This document shows positions 24,171 through 31,044 of a stretch of DNA of 32,000 bases, one piece after another (positions within the stretch are counted from its first letter, which is position 1; each line of letters starts with the position of its first letter). The position numbers and the translations under genes were made by a program. This DNA comes from Aeropyrum pernix K1 (lineage in GTDB: Archaea; Thermoproteota; Thermoprotei_A; Sulfolobales; Acidilobaceae), in NCBI RefSeq assembly GCF_000011125.1, contig NC_000854.2, forward strand, positions 540,001 through 572,000, read 5' to 3'. Below the pieces are notes generated by a model. It searched no databases. It was not told where the DNA came from and saw only the letters and a program-made list of their open reading frames with translations.

Positions 24171-24830
24171 ATGTGGAAGGAGATCCGTTTCTGGCCTGAC
24201 GAGGGCTCTGGTCCTTGCACCTTGGGCTTCCCCGTTGTTAGAGCTGTGGACGGCGCCTACGGCGTAATAACTGCTGGCCACTGCAACGACTAGGAGGACG
24301 GCGGGTCGAACTACGAGTGGGTAATGCACCAGCCCGAGAAGGATGGCGACAAGAATGAGATAGGCCCGGTGGAAGCTGCGGCCTGTGTTGTGGATGCCAC
24401 CCTAGTAATTTACAGTAATGTTTATCCAGGGGTTCTGCATATATATGATGATGGCTCGTACGAGACGCTAGAGGTGACGGATTGGATAGCCTGGGAGGAC
24501 GTGCCCAATTACCTCTACGACGTCGTGTTTTACAAGACTGGTAAAACCACGGGAACGACGGCTATGCGTATGGAGGGGTATATGTCTGAGGTTCAGTCCG
24601 ACTTATACCCATGCAGGGTCTATAAGGCTATATTCGCAGATGTCGTTGCTGCCTTGTCAGGCGACAGCGGATCCCCCGCGTACCGGAAGCTGGGCGGCCA
24701 CGCAGTACTGCTGGGCTATGTAGTGGCTAACTCTGATGACTGGGATGGGATAGTGAGGACTATGATACTTAGCGTCGATAACTTGTGGGGCGCCTTTGGG
24801 GTGAGGCCTTATGTGTGCCAGTGGTGCTAG
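24171..24830 (+). pseudogene. streptogrisin/alpha-lytic-type S1 serine protease interrupted by an in-frame TAG (24291-24293)
   Basis: The upstream frame reads MWKEIRFWPDEGSGPCTLGFPVVRAVDGAYGVITAGHCND-TAG, giving the Cys-x-x-GF and TAGHC His motifs. The same frame continues ...EDGGSNYEWVMHQPE...VVDATLVIY (Asp)...LSGDSGSPAY (Ser, agc at 24666-24668). The hydrophobic stretch upstream (LIVTLFLLFPLFPLVGGC) lacks a canonical start codon. Confidence 0.7.
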
Positions 24831-25827
24831 GGCCCTGCTCCTCACGGTTCTAGCCCTCCCCCTGCTGGCTTTAGTGGCTGGCGCCGAGGCCCCAACACTG
24901 GTTGGCGAGTCTGGCCCCTTCGACGTCTACAGGGTTGGCGAGGGCTTCTACGTAGCCCTGATCGACGATGGGTTCTTCGACGAGGTTAGGGGGAGGTTCT
25001 ACCTGTACTGGGCCGGGTCTCCGGAGGAGCACTCCAGGCTGACCGAGTCTCCGTTCACCCCGGTGGTTGAGGATCTGGGGGCCTCCCTTGGCCCGGGCGA
25101 GGAGGGGGCTATAGGGCCCTACAGCCGCGAGGAGGACTTCGACTGCAGGTGGGGCGTCGCCCCTGACGGGCGGTGGTGGGTCAGGATCAACGGGGAGAAG
25201 CGTTATGTGTCGGAGCCCGAGGCTTCCAGGGCCCTGCGTGGCCTCGGTGTGGAAGCCTCCGCATTTAGCGTGGGCAGGCTCGTAGTATTCGATAGGCAGA
25301 ACGGCGTGATAACTGAGCGGCTCGACACGGTGGCTAAGGTTTACGTGCACGGGCCCCGGGACGCCCTCCTAGATCCTAGGCTGGGCGAGGCTGTTAGGGA
25401 GGCTGTTTTGAGGGACTGCGGAGTGCCTGTCAATGTGGTTGTGGCGGTGGAGGAGGCGTGGAGCCTCAAGAAGTGGGCCCTGAGGGAGGAGACTTATGAG
25501 AGGATCTCGACAGCCTGGGATAGGCTCGGCCTCCCCCTCTACGGCGTGGGGGGCATGCTGGGCTTCCCGCTCCTCGTCGGCGTGGACGGCCTGGAGATGA
25601 GGAGCAGGGGTGTGACCCTAGACTGGGTCCTCTCCGTCCTGGACAGGGAGATACCCCCGGGTCTGGCCGTGCTGGTAGTGGTTAGGGACTACAAGCCCAC
25701 GGAGGGCTCGCTACTACCCGGCCAGGCCGGTGGCAGCGGCGTGGGCCCCGAGGCCGGGGTAGCGGCGGCGGCCCTCGCGGTGGCCGTGGCGGCGGCCCTT
25801 GTAGCGTTCAAGCGCCGTAGGACATAG
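24811..25827 (+). CDS. secreted, C-terminally anchored protein (338 aa)
   Basis: Signal peptide (ALLLTVLALPLLALVAGAEA) and a C-terminal TM (VAAAALAVAVAAALVAF) followed by KRRRT. It overlaps the protease gene end by 20 nt. Confidence 0.6.
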   Translation: MCASGARALLLTVLALPLLALVAGAEAPTLVGESGPFDVYRVGEGFYVALIDDGFFDEVRGRFYLYWAGSPEEHSRLTESPFTPVVEDLGASLGPGEEGAIGPYSREEDFDCRWGVAPDGRWWVRINGEKRYVSEPEASRALRGLGVEASAFSVGRLVVFDRQNGVITERLDTVAKVYVHGPRDALLDPRLGEAVREAVLRDCGVPVNVVVAVEEAWSLKKWALREETYERISTAWDRLGLPLYGVGGMLGFPLLVGVDGLEMRSRGVTLDWVLSVLDREIPPGLAVLVVVRDYKPTEGSLLPGQAGGSGVGPEAGVAAAALAVAVAAALVAFKRRRT

Positions 25828-25894
25828 CCGTGGCGGAAGTCGATTATCACGGTTTTTGTAAGCACATTATCTATAAACTCTATTTTCGGGGGTT

Positions 25895-26224
25895 GTGGGC
25901 GGCTTGTCTGTTCTGAGGCTTACCTGGTATAAGGTTCTACCCCTGTATATGCTGGGCGCTGTTTTGGGTTACCTGGTTTTCTCTGCTGTTCTGTCCATAG
26001 GGTCTGGCAGCAGTATGTTCGACCCTCTTTGGCTGTATATCGTGTTGGTGACGGCCTTCCTCTCCCCCCTCTCCATGCTTGTCTGGGGGTTCCTCTCCCT
26101 GACGGCCTGGCTTCTCGATAGGAAGCTGGGCCCCTACGCCATGTTCGTGCCCCTTGTTGCCGGGGCTGTTATGGGCCCATTAACCCTCTACATACTCGTC
26201 CGCGGCCTTCTAGTCTATCCCTAG
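25895..26224 (+). CDS. small integral membrane protein (3-4 TM)
   Basis: TATA (ATCTATAAAC, about 25869-25880) lies about 25 nt upstream of the GTG start (leaderless geometry). The protein is hydrophobic throughout. Confidence 0.55.
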   Translation: MGGLSVLRLTWYKVLPLYMLGAVLGYLVFSAVLSIGSGSSMFDPLWLYIVLVTAFLSPLSMLVWGFLSLTAWLLDRKLGPYAMFVPLVAGAVMGPLTLYILVRGLLVYP

Positions 26225-26253
26225 CCCTCCCACACCCCGCGGCGCATATCTTT

Positions 26254-26676
26254 GTGGTGCGGTGTGGCTTGCTGGGCTGGCTTAGGAGGAAGGCGGGGGA
26301 GCTCAGGAGGAGGCGTAGGGTTCGCTCGAGGATAGTCTCCCATCTCGTGAGCAAGGGCGTAGCCAGGAGGGATGCAGAGAGGCTCGCCCCCCTTGTTATG
26401 AGGGGCGAGCTGACGGTCTCGGAGGCCGTATCCCTGGGTAAGAGGCTGGGCCGGGATAGGGTTGCCAGGGTGGAGCGTCGGCTGAGGGGCGAGGAGCGCC
26501 GCAAGAACGATAGTAAGGGCGGGGATAGGTTCCTCGGGCTCTCACGGTCAATACTGGGCTTCACGCTCGGAACCTCTGGGAGCCAGCCTATCGACCTCTT
26601 CGGCGGCCAGACGGGGGAGTCTAAGCGCCGGAGGAGGCGGGGCGGCCGGGAGCCCGGGCAGCCTCCCCTGTGGTGA
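26254..26676 (+). CDS. Arg-rich basic protein (140 aa)
   Basis: RRKAGELRRRRRVRSR near the N-terminus and ESKRRRRRGGRE near the C-terminus. The start is uncertain (GTG 26254 or TTG 26269). Confidence 0.45.
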   Translation: MVRCGLLGWLRRKAGELRRRRRVRSRIVSHLVSKGVARRDAERLAPLVMRGELTVSEAVSLGKRLGRDRVARVERRLRGEERRKNDSKGGDRFLGLSRSILGFTLGTSGSQPIDLFGGQTGESKRRRRRGGREPGQPPLW

Positions 26677-26705
26677 GAGCATCATCCTCTTGGGGCGGGG
26701 TGTGG

Positions 26706-27041
26706 ATGGCGGTGAGGCTTAGGAGGAGGCGCCGCCGGGGCTCCCGGTGCCCTGTGCCACGGGAGAACCCCCGGACGGGCCGTAAGACCAAGTATCTGGG
26801 GCACAGGGTTAGGGATGTGGGGGGCTCGGGGCTCGATAGCCCCCGGGAGTTCAGGGGTATACTGAGGGAGGTTACGAGGGACTACAGGGAGGGGTGCATA
26901 TCTAAGCGGACGGCGCGGGGGAGGCTCCTGCTGCTCTACAGGCTGACTTACCCTCGCTATAACAGGAAGGCCAGGCGTATCCCGGCCTCGACGAGGAGGA
27001 GGCTTAGGGAGGAGATAAGGCGGGCGATGGAGAGCCTATAA
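26706..27041 (+). CDS. Arg-rich basic protein (about 111 aa)
   Basis: Track ORF 26670..27041. ATG 26706 (MAVRLRRRRRRGSR) is preferred, with the G-rich SD-like GGGGCGGGG upstream. Confidence 0.45.
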   Translation: MAVRLRRRRRRGSRCPVPRENPRTGRKTKYLGHRVRDVGGSGLDSPREFRGILREVTRDYREGCISKRTARGRLLLLYRLTYPRYNRKARRIPASTRRRLREEIRRAMESL

Positions 27042-27060
27042 CCACCCATTTAACCGGGCG

Positions 27061-27103
27061 GTTAGAGAAGCACGATCCGGCTACTGTCTTGACGTTCTCT
27101 AAC
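27061..27103. repeat. bipartite palindrome copy 13
   Basis: Left arm CGGTTAGAGAA, right arm TTCTCTAACAC; offset 35. Followed by ATTTAT at 27112-27117 and the TTG start at 27135. Confidence 0.9.
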
Positions 27104-27134
27104 ACCTCCGCATTTATGCTCTGGGGAGGGCTGG

Positions 27135-28112
27135 TTGTTCGAGGGCAGCGAGTACCTCTACCCCCTCTACAGGCACCTATACGGGCTTGGCCTGACTAGG
27201 GAGGAGTGGCTCCGTGCCAGGGAGGCGTTCAGGGAGAGGGCTAGGAGGTGTCCGCGCTGCGCCTTTATGGACGTCGGGCTGGCGGCCAGGCACGCTAGGT
27301 CGCTGAGGCAGTGGATGAGGTCGCCCAACAGGTACGACATACCCGGCGTTGACTCCCCGGAGGTGGGCTGGTGGCTCGAGTCCCGGGATCTCCTGGAGCC
27401 TTATAGTGAGGAGTCCAAGAGCATCCTGGGCGAGGTTGAGAGGGCTAGGAGGGCGGTGGAGCTTTACTTCGGCGAGCCGGTGGCCACGAGGGTCAGGGTT
27501 AGGTACGAGGAGGAGATGGATAAACCGGGGGTTCTGGGGTACTGGGAACACAGGCCCGGCTGGGACTATGGAGTGCTGGCCGTTAAGAGGGGGCTGGGCG
27601 AGAGGTTCAAGGACGTGGTCGTCCACGAACTGGTGCACGCCTGGAGCCTCGGCAGGTACAGCGACGTTCCTTACGGGGAGAAGGCGGGGAACCCGGCGTG
27701 GAACATGAGAGTGGTTGAGGGTAGCACGGAGACGGCTGCCAAGCGGGTGCTCTCGTTGCTGGGCTTGAAGCCGTCCGCAGTGGCCTACTCGGCCCTCGTC
27801 GAGAGGCTCTCGGAGGGGGGCGCGGAGAGGGGTGTAGAGGCGGCCCTCGAGTTCCTCCGGGCGGCCAGGGAGAGGAGGCGGCCTAGGGGCGAGTACATGA
27901 GGGAGGCTGTGCTGCTGAAGCACACGGAAGGCCCCGACGTCTACGTGTCAAAACCGCCGGAGAGGCTCCCCGGGGAGGCGAGGGACCTGCTCTCGCCTAA
28001 ACCCTTCCCCGCCGAGCTCGCCCTCGACAGGACTCTGAGGCCTTTCGCAGAAGCCCTTAAAACCCTCAGGAGGCAGAGGAGGAGGGGCGGGAGGAGGCGG
28101 CGTTGGGGCTAG
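27135..28112 (+). CDS. HExxH metallopeptidase-like protein with an Arg-rich tail
   Basis: KDVVVHELVHAWSLG carries the HExxH at about 27624-27638 and is SprT/DUF45-like. The C-terminal tail is RRQRRRGGRRRRWG. The TTG start lies about 20 nt after ATTTAT (27112-27117), which follows palindrome copy 13. Confidence 0.55.
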   Translation: MFEGSEYLYPLYRHLYGLGLTREEWLRAREAFRERARRCPRCAFMDVGLAARHARSLRQWMRSPNRYDIPGVDSPEVGWWLESRDLLEPYSEESKSILGEVERARRAVELYFGEPVATRVRVRYEEEMDKPGVLGYWEHRPGWDYGVLAVKRGLGERFKDVVVHELVHAWSLGRYSDVPYGEKAGNPAWNMRVVEGSTETAAKRVLSLLGLKPSAVAYSALVERLSEGGAERGVEAALEFLRAARERRRPRGEYMREAVLLKHTEGPDVYVSKPPERLPGEARDLLSPKPFPAELALDRTLRPFAEALKTLRRQRRRGGRRRRWG

Positions 28113-28360
28113 ACCCCTTTGTCATCCAGGCCCGGGAGGGCGACAGGGAGGCCTGGACCCGGGCGAACAGGCTCGCTGCGGGGCTGATGGCTATAGGCTA
28201 CCCGGTGGAGGTCAAGCCCCTGCCCCGGAGCTCGCGGGAGAGGCTCGTAATAGTAACCCCCCTGGGAGGGCGTATAGCCGACCCCGGGGAAGGGGAGCTG
28301 CGTGATATACTGGACTACCCCCACATCCACGCGGGCTACATTGTAGACGCCGAGCACTAA
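28103..28360 (+). CDS. hypothetical small protein (85 aa)
   Basis: TTG start overlapping the previous gene's end by 10 nt, with the same codon bias. Confidence 0.45.
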   Translation: MGLDPFVIQAREGDREAWTRANRLAAGLMAIGYPVEVKPLPRSSRERLVIVTPLGGRIADPGEGELRDILDYPHIHAGYIVDAEH

Positions 28361-28408
28361 ACCCCCCAGGGTCTCCCGGGGTGGATTCCGAACTTGGCGG
28401 CGGCGTGT

Positions 28409-28450
28409 GTTAGAGAATAAGGCTAAATTCCTTACAGCATTTTCTCTAAC
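28409..28450. repeat. bipartite palindrome copy 14
   Basis: Perfect GTGTTAGAGAA / TTCTCTAACAC; offset 34. Followed by a C/A-only tract. Confidence 0.9.
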
Positions 28451-28525
28451 ACCCCACACACCCCCGACCAGCCACGACACACATACACCCAACCCCCCGC
28501 CACACACAGGCCGGGCGGAAGCACA

Positions 28526-28717
28526 GTGGGGGGTGGCGGGTTGGACTGGGCGAGCGTCTTCCAGTTTTACGCCCGTCTCAAGAGGGAGCTTAGGGAGGCG
28601 GTGCACGGTTGCGAAGCAAGCCCTGAGTGCAAGAGGATCGTGTGGGAGGCCGTCTCGAGAGTCCTGGAGGAGAAGGCAGTAGAACTCGAGGAGATGGCCG
28701 CTTCTTCTCCCAAGTAG
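28526..28717 (+). CDS. hypothetical small helical protein (63 aa)
   Basis: Last GC-rich ORF before the abrupt drop to AT-rich sequence at about 28718. GTG start (alternative TTG 28541). Confidence 0.35.
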   Translation: MGGGGLDWASVFQFYARLKRELREAVHGCEASPECKRIVWEAVSRVLEEKAVELEEMAASSPK

Positions 28718-28889
28718 GCTATAAAATATTGAAGATTATGAATTCGAATGTACGAGTGTCTGTTTGTGTTTTTAATTATCTGAGTTTCACTAACGTATAT
28801 TTTTCTTTGGGCTGTTCGATAGGGCGCATGTGGAATACGGATAAGCGCCTATGCTTGGTGGACTGCTTTAATATCTAGGTGATGACAAG

Positions 28890-29357
28890 TTGAGTTCAAT
28901 GATTCGTCATAGGGAATCATACATACTGTCGCTGATAGTAGGGGTTCTCTCCGCATCTATACTGTGGTTGGCTTCTAAGGGGGTCATCAGCCCTAGTGTT
29001 TATCCTATAATGGCATCTGTCTCAGCCACACTCTTGGGCTTTGTATTCACGGCGGAACAGTTAGCAATAATGATATTGGCCAACGAAAATAGTACAGTGG
29101 CTAAAATCCTGCGGAAACACAACCCAGGGTATATTAACGAGCTTCTCGGGCTAGCAGATCTTACCATGGTTTCACTATTCTCCACGGCTATAGTAAGTGG
29201 AGCAGCGTCCATCTTCGCTTTCTATCCAAAGTTTATTGCTTATACAACAATGTTCTTGGTGGGGGTGAGCATGATGTCATTACTTATCTTAATTCTTAAC
29301 GTGCAGAAACTCTATCATGATCATTTTAATGTAGACCTTTCCTCGAATAACCGGTAG
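28890..29357 (+). CDS. integral membrane protein (4 TM)
   Basis: AT-rich gene with four hydrophobic helices. A TATA (CTTTAATATCT, about 28866-28876) suggests a leaderless start at the in-frame ATG 28899. Confidence 0.55.
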   Translation: MSSMIRHRESYILSLIVGVLSASILWLASKGVISPSVYPIMASVSATLLGFVFTAEQLAIMILANENSTVAKILRKHNPGYINELLGLADLTMVSLFSTAIVSGAASIFAFYPKFIAYTTMFLVGVSMMSLLILILNVQKLYHDHFNVDLSSNNR

Positions 29358-30376
29358 GATTCGCGTATCAACTCGCTGTTTTTCAGAGCCAATTCTTTAA
29401 GAATGTTTAGTGAGGCAGTGGTGTCAGTGCTTCTGAGGTATCTCCCACCACTTCGTGCTTTTGGTATGCTAACTTCCCTAAATACCAAGGCATCCTCTAC
29501 AAGGTCGACTACTCTTCTAGGGCTTCCAAAGGTTATCTTGAAACGTTGGAGGGATTCTTCTCCTAATTCTTCTCTTATTGAATTAAACAGCTCTAGCAAC
29601 TCATCTATCGTGAAATCTAACTCCTGATCCTTACCCCTTCCAGCGTGCTGTATAGCTTCGTATAACTGTCCTCTTATCTTGGTTATATCTATACCCAGCT
29701 TTTCTAACAGCATGTCTATGGTCCTTTGGTTTGTGAGCCGGGCTTTATTTGATATTTTGAGTTTTATATCGATCTGTTTTATTGTAGAATCACTATACAG
29801 TTTTAGTAGCTCTTCAGTGTCTGGTCTATAGAGTTGCCTAATGGCTATTCTGATTTTGTCACAGTTCTTCAACAATACATGTATCTTTTGCGGCCCAATT
29901 CTCTGGCAATATTCTTGGGCCGCTCCTCTGAATAACGTGCTGAGGATTCCATGTTTTGGAACAAAGCTAGTTACTTCTACAAGGGCTATACCTGGCTTAA
30001 TCAAAATCATATGAGCATACTCATAGAGATCCTCATCATCGCTGAGCTTTTTAGAAAGGGACGCATGTCTTCGACTTTTTCTGTCATAGAAATGTGACAA
30101 ACCTTCATGCCTAAGATATCCGTAAACGATACCTAGGTATTTTTCTCCATTAGCTGGAAGTTCTTTTATATCTGTTATTATGGGGATTTTTTCTGGCGAG
30201 AAGGGATTGTTATTGGAGTTCAGCGGATACGAGGTGGATTGGGCGTACTTCACCACATCTGTAATAAATTGATAGTTCAGCTTGATAACTTTTTTATCTT
30301 CAGTGTAGGCTTCAGCGATAACTCCATAAGCATAAATGTTCCTTTTGTATTCGTGGGAGGCCAAGTGAATCACCAT
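29321..30376 (-). CDS. hypothetical 351-aa protein (AT-rich cargo ORFan)
   Basis: Long minus-strand ORF whose 3' end overlaps the convergent 4-TM gene by 37 nt. ATG 30376 lies about 27 nt downstream of TTAAAT (30401-30406, minus strand), which abuts palindrome copy 15. No domain recognised by eye. Confidence 0.6.
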   Translation of the reverse strand: MVIHLASHEYKRNIYAYGVIAEAYTEDKKVIKLNYQFITDVVKYAQSTSYPLNSNNNPFSPEKIPIITDIKELPANGEKYLGIVYGYLRHEGLSHFYDRKSRRHASLSKKLSDDEDLYEYAHMILIKPGIALVEVTSFVPKHGILSTLFRGAAQEYCQRIGPQKIHVLLKNCDKIRIAIRQLYRPDTEELLKLYSDSTIKQIDIKLKISNKARLTNQRTIDMLLEKLGIDITKIRGQLYEAIQHAGRGKDQELDFTIDELLELFNSIREELGEESLQRFKITFGSPRRVVDLVEDALVFREVSIPKARSGGRYLRSTDTTASLNILKELALKNSELIRESYRLFEERSTLK

Positions 30377-30408
30377 GGAACATTCGAACCTCGTGCTACA
30401 ATTTAAGT

Positions 30409-30452
30409 GTTAGAGAATAATCAGCGACAGATTAGGTCGATATTTCTCTAAC
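30409..30452. repeat. bipartite palindrome copy 15
   Basis: Perfect GTGTTAGAGAA / TTCTCTAACAC; offset 36. Abuts the minus-strand TTAAAT at 30401-30406, upstream of gene 29321..30376. Confidence 0.9.
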
Positions 30453-30781
30453 ACGTATCATAAGCCCTAGAATTCAGTAATATTTCAAAGAGGACGCTGT
30501 ATTACCAGCTATGGCTTAGCTTTTGTATTAACTTTATGATAAGATAAACATGAGCGCTTAAATGCCGCACAGCTAGACAGCCGTCTTAACTTTGTATGAA
30601 GCTATAAATCAGACTTACCATGACAAAGGCTGGCCGCTCTGTAAGGACCTCTGTCCCCTTTAAGCTTTCTTTAATTAACTGAAAAATGATTGCCAGACTT
30701 GGCGGCTTGAGCGGGTAAACCTTTTGATAATAAAAACGCTTTAAGATGTGTTATTTTCCTCTTTAATACCTACAGAAATGC

Positions 30782-30843
30782 TTTATAAGTATTTGTGTCT
30801 TAGAAGTGTATATTGAGTGTATACGGAGAGTTGGTGGATACAC
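30782..30843 (+). promoter_or_regulatory. promoter plus candidate operator of the RHH-methyltransferase operon
   Basis: TTTATAAG lies at about 30783-30790. GTGTATA is repeated directly at 30806-30812 and 30817-30823. Its near inverse GATACAC sits at 30837-30843, immediately before ATG 30844. Confidence 0.45.
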
Positions 30844-31044
30844 ATGAGAGAGCGGGGAAGAGCCAAAACTAAAAGAGTTCAGGTTACATTTACACAGGAA
30901 CAGTGGGAGCTGATAGAAAGATTTAGAGGCGTTATGGGCAACGATGATGCTGAGATAGTAAGGAACATAGTGCTGTCTTGGCTGGCTGAGAAGTCCGTAG
31001 TATCCTACAGGATTAAGGAGAAGGGAGGAGGTGCTGAGAGTTGA
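30844..31044 (+). CDS. ribbon-helix-helix (CopG/Arc-like) DNA-binding protein, controller-like
   Basis: KRVQVTFTQEQWELIERFRGVMGNDDAEIVRNIVLSWL follows the classic RHH beta-alpha-alpha pattern. Track ORF starts at 30817; ATG 30844 is preferred. The stop overlaps the TTG of the methyltransferase gene. Confidence 0.6.
   Translation: MRERGRAKTKRVQVTFTQEQWELIERFRGVMGNDDAEIVRNIVLSWLAEKSVVSYRIKEKGGGAES

Larger units (their letters stand above)
2607..30452. mobile_element. integrated virus-like element (spindle-shaped/fusello-like provirus candidate) inserted at tRNA-Val
   Basis: The integrase lies directly 3' of a tRNA. A long co-directional block of overlapping ORFans follows, with capsid-like paralogues, an ATPase and secreted proteins. 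An element-specific palindrome family spans 4445-30452. The left att site is presumed to lie within the tRNA 3' half. The right end was not found and may lie beyond the window. Confidence 0.65.

Noticed and set aside
232-24243. Isolated half-sites: CTCTAACA 232-239, GTTAGAGAA 7300-7308, CTCTAACA 20532-20539, GTTAGACA 21732-21739, GTTAGAG 24237-24243 and TTCTCTAGAC 15489-15498.
   Set aside because: None has a partner arm at 34-36 nt. A lone 8-9-mer is expected by chance about once in this amount of sequence. The half-site at 6998-7005 is retained only because its flank (CATG..GTTAGAG) matches the flanks of copies 5 and 8.
9963-28606. Many long minus-strand ORFs in the GC-rich block, for example 18125..19654 (509 aa), 13682..14605, 11847..12647, 12795..13508, 22182..22886, 27177..27923, 28109..28606, 9963..10403 and 10433..10795.
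   Set aside because: They are antisense shadows of better plus-strand genes in stop-poor GC-rich DNA. Their products are Pro/Arg/Gly-rich low complexity, and they lack promoters and operon-style junctions.
28627-28878. 83-aa ORF crossing from the GC-rich ORF 28526..28717 into the AT-rich spacer.
   Set aside because: It runs out of frame across a compositional junction and has no promoter logic. The TATA at about 28866-28876 serves the downstream 4-TM gene.
4445-30452. Interpretation of the palindrome family as a CRISPR array.
   Set aside because: The conserved parts are inverted rather than direct repeats. Copies are dispersed over 26 kb at irregular distances, several are inside ORFs, and no cas genes are present.
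4445-30452. Interpretation as canonical integron attC sites. GTTAGAG resembles the GTTRRRY core and CTCTAAC resembles RYYYAAC.
   Set aside because: The orientation is reversed: here it is GTT...AAC, whereas attC is AAC...GTT. The last core position does not fit. No IntI-type integrase or attI/Pc arrangement is visible. The looser idea of cassette exchange is kept as a hypothesis in the findings.
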